A stretch of 64,000 nt of DNA from the human T2T-CHM13v2.0 reference genome, Homo sapiens. Each line of letters starts with the position of its first letter. Position 1 is the first letter of the stretch. Under the pieces are notes generated by a model. The model searched no databases and had not been told where the DNA came from. It saw only the letters and a program-made list of their open reading frames with translations. Made by a program: the position numbers and the translations under genes. Shown in pieces: positions 55,015-64,000 of the stretch. The stretch lies in NCBI RefSeq assembly GCF_009914755.1, contig NC_060939.1; one strand, given 5' to 3'.

Positions 55015-56058
55015 ATATCTGCCTGCTATTGAGATTGATATGATTTGCTTCAGAGGTTGATCATTCATTTATATTTACTGTTAATATTATTACTATGAAA
55101 AACAATAAGAATGATTTTATTCATATGTCATGTATTGTGTGTAAACTGTTGACCAAGAGCTAGAAAACTGTACACACTTCACCTTTCCTCAGTTATATGA
55201 TTTCAGCTCAGCACATGATAATTCTAAGAGAAGAATTGCTATTCAACAAAGTTTTTTTCTTACTTGTCTTTCATCTTTTAGATTTACTAAAAATAGATGC
55301 TTGGCCAACTTGTTCACTTATACCATTGGCATCTGAGCATGCAGAGGCTAAATGTGATAGTATAATGAGTTTCAAATTACTCAATTCAACAGTTCTCTGC
55401 TATTAGGAGACAAAGGAATGCAATATGTGTCATTATTCTAATGAGCCACATGCTCTAGTTTCTCTAATGCAGAACTGAATTAACAGACATTTCTGTTATT
55501 GGTATCTCTACTCTTAAGAATTCCATCAAATCTTGAAATTAGTCTCAGCTTACAAAAGGATGTTTCTCGGTCCATAAGGAAATTCCTTAAAAATAATGGC
55601 ATGGTGTCCATTCGGAAGCAAATACTTAAACACAACAAGACTATTTAGGAAAAAAATATATTTAGATTATGTCATTCATTTTATTTGTGGAGTGATTCAT
55701 TAAATATTAAGCCATGAGATGACATCTGGATTCACGAAAATATGTACTAAATTAGAACTGGAAGCTTCTTTGGTAGTCATCCAGTAGAGAGAATTTCAGG
55801 AAATGAGGGGTGAATTTCACCGGAGTGAGCTACTATTCCATTCAGACACATGAATTATGCCTGCTGTTGCATTCATCATCCCCAGCTTCTAGTGACTCAG
55901 GATGAGCGTGGATGATCTAGAACACAGGTTTCTGAGTGCCTCGTGTGAACATGTTACAGTCTCGACAGTTGTAGAAACATACTGAAGTTTTAACTGTGCG
56001 GTGTCTGAATTTAGATTGTTTCAACAATCACGTTGATGCGTTAGTTACCCTTGGTTGT

Positions 56059-56273
56059 CACTGGAATCTGAATGTTTGTTTCCTCCCCAAATCATGTGTT
56101 GAAACCCAATCCCCAGTGTATTAAGAAGTGGGGCCCTTACGAGGTGATTAGGACGTGAGGGTGGGGGGTCCTCCTGCGTGGGATTAGTGCTCCTATAAAA
56201 GAGGTCCCAGAGAGCTCTCCCGTCCCTTCTGCCATGTGAGGACAATGAGAAGGCACCCAAGCAGACTAAAACA
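56059..56273 (+). mobile_element. MLT1A-like solo LTR with internal deletion
   Basis: tctgaatgtttg...gggattagtgctcctataaaagagg...gccatgtgaggaca then jumps to the terminal gactaaaaca. Confidence 0.78.
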
Positions 56274-57568
56274 ATTACCATCTAAGAGATACTCTGAGTG
56301 TTGCTTTAGTCTGGTTTGGCTGTTATAACAGAATACCATAAACTGAGGGACTTAAAAACACCAGAAACTTATTTCTCACAGTTCTGGAGGCTGGAAAGTT
56401 TTGGATCAAGTTACCAACAGTTTCAGTGTCTGGTGAGGGCCTGCTTTCTGGTTAAGACAGCATCATCTCACTGTGCCCTCACACGATGGAAGGGGTGAGT
56501 GAATTCCCAGGGGCACCTTTTATAAGGGCATTAATCCCATTCATGAGGGCTCCATCCTCATAACATAATCACCTCCCAACGCCCCACCTGCTAATGCCAT
56601 CATCTTGGGGCTGAGGATTTCAACATATGAATTTTGGGGGGGACACATTCTTCCCCTGGACACCCAGCATTCATGCTCTTCTCACATGGTTTCAGTCCAA
56701 AAGTCTAAAGCCCAAAGTCTTAGCTGAATATCCTCTAAATCAGATATGGGTGAGACCCAAGGTATGATTTATCTTTGGGCAGAATTCTTTTCAAGCTGTG
56801 AAACTGTGACCAGACAAGTTGTGTGCTTCCAAAATACAATGGGGGCAGGCACAGGATAGACATTCCCATTCCAAAAGGAAGAAGTGAGAAGGAAGAAGGG
56901 AGTGAGAGGTGCAGAGAAAGTCCAGAACCGAGCGGGGCAAGTTCCATCAGACCTTAAAGCTTCAGATTAGCCCTCCTTGGCCCACGCTTTGCCCTGCAGA
57001 CCCATGGGGAAAGAGTTCCATATCTTCCAGTCACACTGGGGCAGCAGCTGTGTCCCAGCAGTTTTGCCAGGCAGGGATTGGGCCGCATGACTTTGGGGAT
57101 CCCCTGCCCCTGTAGCAGCTTATGCCTGTGCCCCACAGCTCTCTGGGACTGGGGTCCTAATGGCTGTGCTTGGAAGCCCAGTGCTTTGAAATCTAGGTGG
57201 AGGCCATTGTGCCCCCTCTGCTCTGTTGAGCGCAGCCCTCACCACACCAGGGCCCCCCAGAACCCCTGCTGGGGTGGCTGAGGAGTGTGGTGCTGGAGAG
57301 CAGGGAGCAGAGCCCAAGAGGTAAGGCAGTGCACATCAGGGCAGGGCAGGGCGCCTCTCCGTCCTGCAGGTACCAGCATCCCTCCTTTGCATTCTCCCAT
57401 TGTCTTGCACAGCAGCTCTTGGCTTCTGTTGGGGTGGCTGACTAATGAATGTCTTTCTTAAATGGTCCTTTGGCCACACCCATCCCGGTATTCTCTCCCA
57501 AACAGGCTTTCTCATTCCTTTCAAAATAGATAGGTTGAACATTTCCCAAATCTTTAAATTCTGCTTCT

Positions 57569-57891
57569 TTCTTCTTCTTCTTCTTCTTCTTCTTTTTTTT
57601 TTTTTTGTTTTTTGTTTTTTGAGATGGAGTTTCACTCTTGTCACTCAGGATGGAGTGCAATGGCACGATCACTGCAACCTCCACCTCCCGGGTTCAAGCG
57701 ATTCTCCTGCTTCAGCCTCCCGAGTAGCTGGGATTACAGGTGCCCGCCACTACGCCTGGCTAATTTTTGTATTTTTAGTAAAGACGGGGTTTCACCATAT
57801 TGGCCAGGCTGGTCACAAACTCCTCAGGTGACCTGCCTGCCTCAGCCTCCCAAAGTGCTGGGATTACAGGTGTGAGCCACCATGCCCAGCC
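57569..57891 (-). mobile_element. AluS with (TTC)8 plus T tail
   Basis: Reverse Alu dimer inside the MaLR internal region. Confidence 0.93.
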
Positions 57892-58401
57892 TGCTCCCTT
57901 CTTAACTAACAATTCCATCTTTAAGTCATTTCCCTCTCCTCCCATTTTACAATAAGCTATTAGAGAAACAGGTCACTTCAACACTTTGTTTAGCATATTT
58001 CCTTAGCCGATATTCAACTCCATTACTCCTAGTTCCACCTTCCACGAAAACTATGACTATAACACGAACATGGTTCAGTCAAGCTCCTTGCCACTTGGTA
58101 ACAAGGATCACCTGTCTTCCAGTTTCCAATAACATGTTCCTCATTTTTTGTCTGAGACCTCATTGGAATGACCTTTACTGTCCATATTCCAACCAACATT
58201 CTGCTCAGGATTGCTTATATATTCTCTAAGAAAATGGAGACTTTCTCTACAACTCTCCTCTTTTCTTTCTGGGCCCTCACCAGAGTTGCTTTAAACAGTC
58301 CATTCATGAAAATGTAGGCTTCTTCTAGCACACATCTCTTCCAGCCTCTACCCATAACCTGGTCCCAAAGCCACTTCCACATTTCAAGGTATTTGTTATA
58401 G

Positions 58402-58836
<435 letters not shown>

Positions 58837-59495
58837 TAGCTCATACATAACAGGAATGTATTTCTCACAGTTCTGCAGGCTGGGAAGTTCAAGACCAAGG
58901 TGCTGGCAGATTTGATATCTGGTCAGGGTCTGCTTCCTGGTTCACAGACGGCCATGTTCTCATTGTGCCCTCACATGGTGGTAGGAGCGAGGGGTCTCTC
59001 TGAGACCTCTTTTATGAGGCCTCCCCCATCATGACCTAATCACCTCCCGAAGGCTCTTACAACCAATCCCATTTAGGATTAGATTTTAACATAAGAATTT
59101 TGTGAAAGACACAAACTTTCAGTCTATAGCAGGTGTGTTAAGCATTCAGCACTCAGCTAGGTGCAGTGAGGAACACAGAAGCATGAACCATGGCCTGTTT
59201 CCAAGGAGCTCATTATGGGCACTTTTGGAAAATTGGGTTAAATACCTTTGTGCAGTTGAAACCATTTGGAATTCATAGATGGGAATATTTATTATGAGGA
59301 CCATGCTTTGAGCTGAATCTGGTAGGATTTGAATGGAAAGAGGTATAACGGAAAACAGAACAAAACACAAATGGCCACCGATCAGTTGTCAAGATATTGA
59401 AACAAAGGAGAAGCCTCATCTGGGGAAGTGACAGGATAGCATCACCACTCAAACAGGAAGGGTCTTAAATATGAAAGAGTCAAAGTAGCAGGCAG

Positions 59496-60695
59496 GATAT
59501 GCAGAAAATTGAGAGTGGACTCCTCCCTTACACCTTATACAAAAATCAAATCAAGATGGATTAAAGATTTAAATGTCAAACCCAACACTATAAAAACCCT
59601 GGAAGAAAATATAGGCAGTGCTATTCACGATATAGGCATGGGCAAAGATTTTATGACAAAAATGTCAAAAGCAGTTTCAAAAAATGCAAAAATTGACAAA
59701 TGGGACCTAATTAAACTAAAGAGCTTCTGCACAGCAAAAGACACTATCATCAGTGTGAACAGACAACCTACAGAATGAGAGAACATTTTTGCAAGCTATC
59801 CATCTGACAATTGTCTAATATCCAGAATCTACAAGGAACTTAAACAAATTTGCAAGGAAAAAAACAACCCCATTAAAAAGTGGGCAAAGGACATGAACAG
59901 ACAATTCTCAAAAGAAGACGTTTATGCAGCCAACAAACATGAAAAAAAGCTCAACGTCACTGATCATTAGTGAAATGCAAATCAAAACCACAATGAGATA
60001 CCATCTCACACCAGTCAGAATGGTGATTATTACAAAGTCAAGAAACAACAGATGCTGGTGAGACTGTGGAGAAATAGGAATGAGTTTACACTGTTGGTGA
60101 GAATGTAAATTAGTTCAACCATTGTGAAAGACAGCGTGGTGATTCCTCAAAGACCTAGAACCAGAAATACCATTTGACCTGGCAATCCCATAACTGGGTA
60201 TATACAAAGGAATATAAATCATTATTCTATTATAAAGATACATGCACGCATATGTTCATTGCACCATTCACAACAGCAAAGACATGGAATCAACCCAAAT
60301 GCCCATCAATGATAGACTGGATAAGGAAAACGTGGTACATATATACCGTGGAATACTGTGCGGCCATAAAAAGGAACAAGATCATGTCCTTTGCTGAAGC
60401 CATCATCCTCAGCAAACTAACACAGGAACAGAAAATTAAACACTGCATGTTCTCACTTACAAGTGGGAGCTAGAACAATGAGAACAGATGGACACAGGGT
60501 GGGGAATAACACACACTGAGGCCTGTGGTGGGGTAGTGGGGGGAGGGAGAGCATCAGGAAAAATAGCTAATGAATGCTGGGCTTAATACCTAGGTGATGG
60601 GTTGATAGATGCAGCAAACCACCATGGCACATGTTTGCCTATGTAACAAACAGGCACATCCTGCACATGTATCCCGGAACTTAAAAAAAAAAAAA
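59496..60695 (+). mobile_element. 5'-truncated L1PA element (~1.2 kb), sense to GABRA5
   Basis: ORF2 C-terminal remnant ([18 protein letters not shown]; [13 protein letters not shown]), L1 3' UTR and A tail; TSD aaagtagcaggcag at 59482-59495 and 60696-60709. Confidence 0.94.
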
Positions 60696-61592
60696 AAAGT
60701 AGCAGGCAGTGTGAGTGATGTTTGTTGAGCAGACGAAGAACATGCAAAAATCACTATTTGTGGGGCTGAAAGCAAAAGCTGGGAATTCCCATGAAGTCAT
60801 TAGAAGTGAGGGAGCAGAGAGCAGGGTGGTGGCCAGATATGAAAAGTGGATGTAGAGGGGAAAAGAGGGACGTAATTCAAAGACAGCCACTCCATTTTAA
60901 GACCAGATGACTTGGGAAATACTGTTTTCCATGAGGAAATTGGAAATAATTGGAAGGAGCTGGTGCATTGAAGGTAAAAAAGCCAATTGGAGTATGAGGG
61001 AGGGGTAAGCAATTGTTACATGAGAGATTTCTTCCTAAACACGGCTGGCCTCCTGCCTTGCTTCTCACTGCTGTCTGCAGGGCAAACAGTCTTTTCTGCT
61101 GGGAGAGTGACAGTCCTTTTTCTTCTTTCCTGATCTGGGCCCATTAAGTTCATAAATAGTAACAGCATGGTCTCTGACTCTCTCCCTGTCAGGCCAGTCA
61201 TGGCCATAACCCTATGTGATTCTGCAAGGTCTTACTGTGGCACAGTGATGGGAGTGTATCTTCACTGGTACCTGGGCAGACGTGTTATCTGTTCATCCCC
61301 ATTGGCTTATTCCTCTTACTTCCCATTTGATCTTGGGCAAGGGAAAGGGTGTGGCCAAACCCCACTCACGTCATTTTTACTGTCAAATTTAAAGCAGAGA
61401 TATTGGGTGTCCAGTAGGCCATCAGAGATAACATGTCTTTATCTGTTTGTATTTTTCAAAGTTTTACCATTGATGTGTTAGGTGCTGACCTGGTGTTCAG
61501 CTCAGGAGACTGCAGATGGTGTCATTGGGGTGCTGTGACAAGGTCTTGTGCTGCTGTTACTCTGCTCATTCCCACCCAGGCTTTCAAAGAGA

Positions 61593-61905
<313 letters not shown>

Positions 61906-63508
61906 TTAGATAACTCAAACCCTGTACCTTTTCAAATCCCAAAAATTCCAAGAACCTGTTACATTCTAATCTGCATTGTCACAAGCAGTGAAAACACAGA
62001 GTCACACAGTCGCCGGAGCTTACCAGAGACTCACAAACTGAGTTTGCTTTGGACCAAGAATAAGAAAGTAAATTAAAGTAGAAAGACCTTTTCGGATTTG
62101 ACACCAAGCAAAAATCATTCCCCACACGGTTATGTCCATTATAGCTGCTGTTGATGAAGTACCTACTGTGAGTCAGGTGCGTGCTAAATACTCGACATTC
62201 ACATATCCACTTTGTCATCAGTGTATTAGGAGATGGGGGTTATTTTCCCCGATCTACAGATGGGGAAATTGAGGCTGAGAGCTCAAAGAGGTTGCTCAAG
62301 TCCACCCTGGTAGTGAGTGTCAGGCCCATGCTGCCTTACTTCCTTTGTAGTTATTCAGAAGACCCATGGTTTCTGAAATACCTTGAGAATTTGTGCCACT
62401 GCCACCTCCCACTCAGGATTTGCAAGGCTAGGAGAGGACAGGCAGGGTCAACTCAGGGGAAGAAGCCTGAAGGAAAACGGTGATGAATTTCCAAGCCCGA
62501 TGCGAGTGAAAATGTTTCAGACCTTCTTGCCTGGCTCTGCTGATGTGTGGTCAGAAGAGGGTGAGCTTTATGTTTTCCAGAGCTCTAAATCATGACAAAT
62601 GGCACTGCAACCTGATTGCCTCATTTACTCTTGTCCCGGCAAAAAGATTGAACGCCACACTGCTGACACAGAGAAGGAATTTAGTGTTGGTTGCTGAACA
62701 GTGGAGCTGAAATGGACACAAGGGGTCATTTATTCCCACCCTTAATGTGATGAGGAGAGCAGAACTTGGTGATGTCCAGCTGACGCACTGCAACCACATT
62801 GTCTCTTGCTGCTGTCATTATTAATGCTATTAACATCGTCAATATCAAGAGGTCATTTAATATTCACTAGTAGTTTGAAAAACAAGATCACGTGAATTAT
62901 GATGATGCATTATATGTCACTCAGTGATTCTAGGTATCTTTCATCCTTACAATGATTATTTCATTGGATTCTTACTGTAAGGTAAGGATTATCATCCAAC
63001 CTCTGCCCCCTAACCATGGAGAAAGCGGCTCACAGGACTTGCACCCAGCGAGGCCTCAGGTCAGGCTGGCCTCGGCCCCAGCCGGCCTCCCCACAGCTCT
63101 CCTTGCTGGCAGTGCTCAGGCACGTGCCCCTGGTCTCGGGTTAGTATGCCACTTGGCCTCGAGTCCAGGAGGAGCCATCAGTGACTGTGCCGTCCCCAGT
63201 CCGATTGAGGAAAGTGATGAGTGGGCCACAGCCTCCACACTTCACGAATCCCATCGCGTCTCATGTCCTCAGTCTGCCTCCCTCCAGGCCTTTGCAGGAG
63301 GCCTCTCCACCCTCAGACCTCTACAAGTCCCAGAGGACCCCTATATCCTCCCCCCTGCATCTCTCCTTCTCTTCCTCTCCCTGCTTCCCTTTCATCCTTG
63401 AGCAGATTTGGCATTGAGTTGTTAGCTCCTCATCGGCTGATGAGGGCAGCATTGTTTCCTGTGCTCTGCACACTGTTTAGGTGAATGTTTGTGTTCTCAG
63501 ATGGCCCC

Positions 63509-63864
63509 TGAAATGGCTTGGCTGTGTGTCCCCACCCAAATCTCACCTTGGATTATAATAATCCCTACATGTCAAGGGCGGGACTAGTAGAGGTAATTGG
63601 ATTATGGGGGCAATTCCCCCATGCTGTTCACGTGATAGTGAGTGAGTCTCACGAGATCTGATGGTTTTATAAGCGTCTGGCATTTCCCCTGCTCGCACTC
63701 ATTCTCTCTTCTGCCACCCTGTGAAGAGGTGCCTTCCGCCATGATTGTATGTTTCCTGAGGCCTCCCCAGCCATGTGGAACTGTGAGTCAATTATACCTC
63801 TTTTCTTGATAAATTACCTAGTCTTGGGTATTTCTTCATAGCAGCGTGAGAACGGACTAATACA
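63509..63864 (+). mobile_element. THE1C-like solo LTR
   Basis: tg...tggctgtgtgtccccacccaaatctcaccttg start, ctcacgagatctgatggttttataag core, ggactaataca end; 5-bp flanks gcccc/gtccc. Confidence 0.92.
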
Positions 63865-64000
63865 GTCCCTGACTCCCAGAACTGCCCTAAGCTTTGGGCT
63901 CCTTTGCAAGCTTCCAGATTAATATATTCCAGCCTAGTCACATCTTTTAGAGGTTGCCCACTCTCCTCGGCTTATGGCCCCCCTTACCCCATCCTCAAGC

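Overview
Primate (most likely human) genomic DNA from the middle of GABRA5, the GABA-A receptor alpha-5 subunit gene (human 15q12), transcribed on the + strand. Four internal coding exons with canonical AG/GT boundaries and matching phases are present: 7878-7999, 10198-10265, 10369-10589 and 42403-42485 (probably exons 4-7, numbering from memory). They encode most of the extracellular domain, including the benzodiazepine-site His (FFHNG) and the Cys-loop ([15 protein letters not shown]). The signal-peptide and transmembrane exons lie outside the window. The rest is intron. It holds about 15 Alus, two large antisense L1 blocks (one nested three deep), MaLR LTRs including a near-complete LTR-int-LTR element, L2/MIR relics, three CpG-rich islands and a ~1.2 kb degenerate (TG)n tract. 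Nearly all ORFs in the supplied track are repeat or low-complexity artefacts. I see no new protein-coding system. The best leads are all hypotheses: (i) a possible TDP-43-type cryptic poison exon whose donor lies inside the UG tract; (ii) a CpG-island/TG-tract unit bracketed by convergent CTCF-like motifs; (iii) an unidentified ~650 bp retroposed insert with a 15-bp TSD that splits an MLT1 LTR; (iv) inverted Alus flanking two exons (circRNA candidate); (v) an in-frame cryptic donor and a G-quadruplex at those exons. Repeat subfamily names are by eye and approximate.
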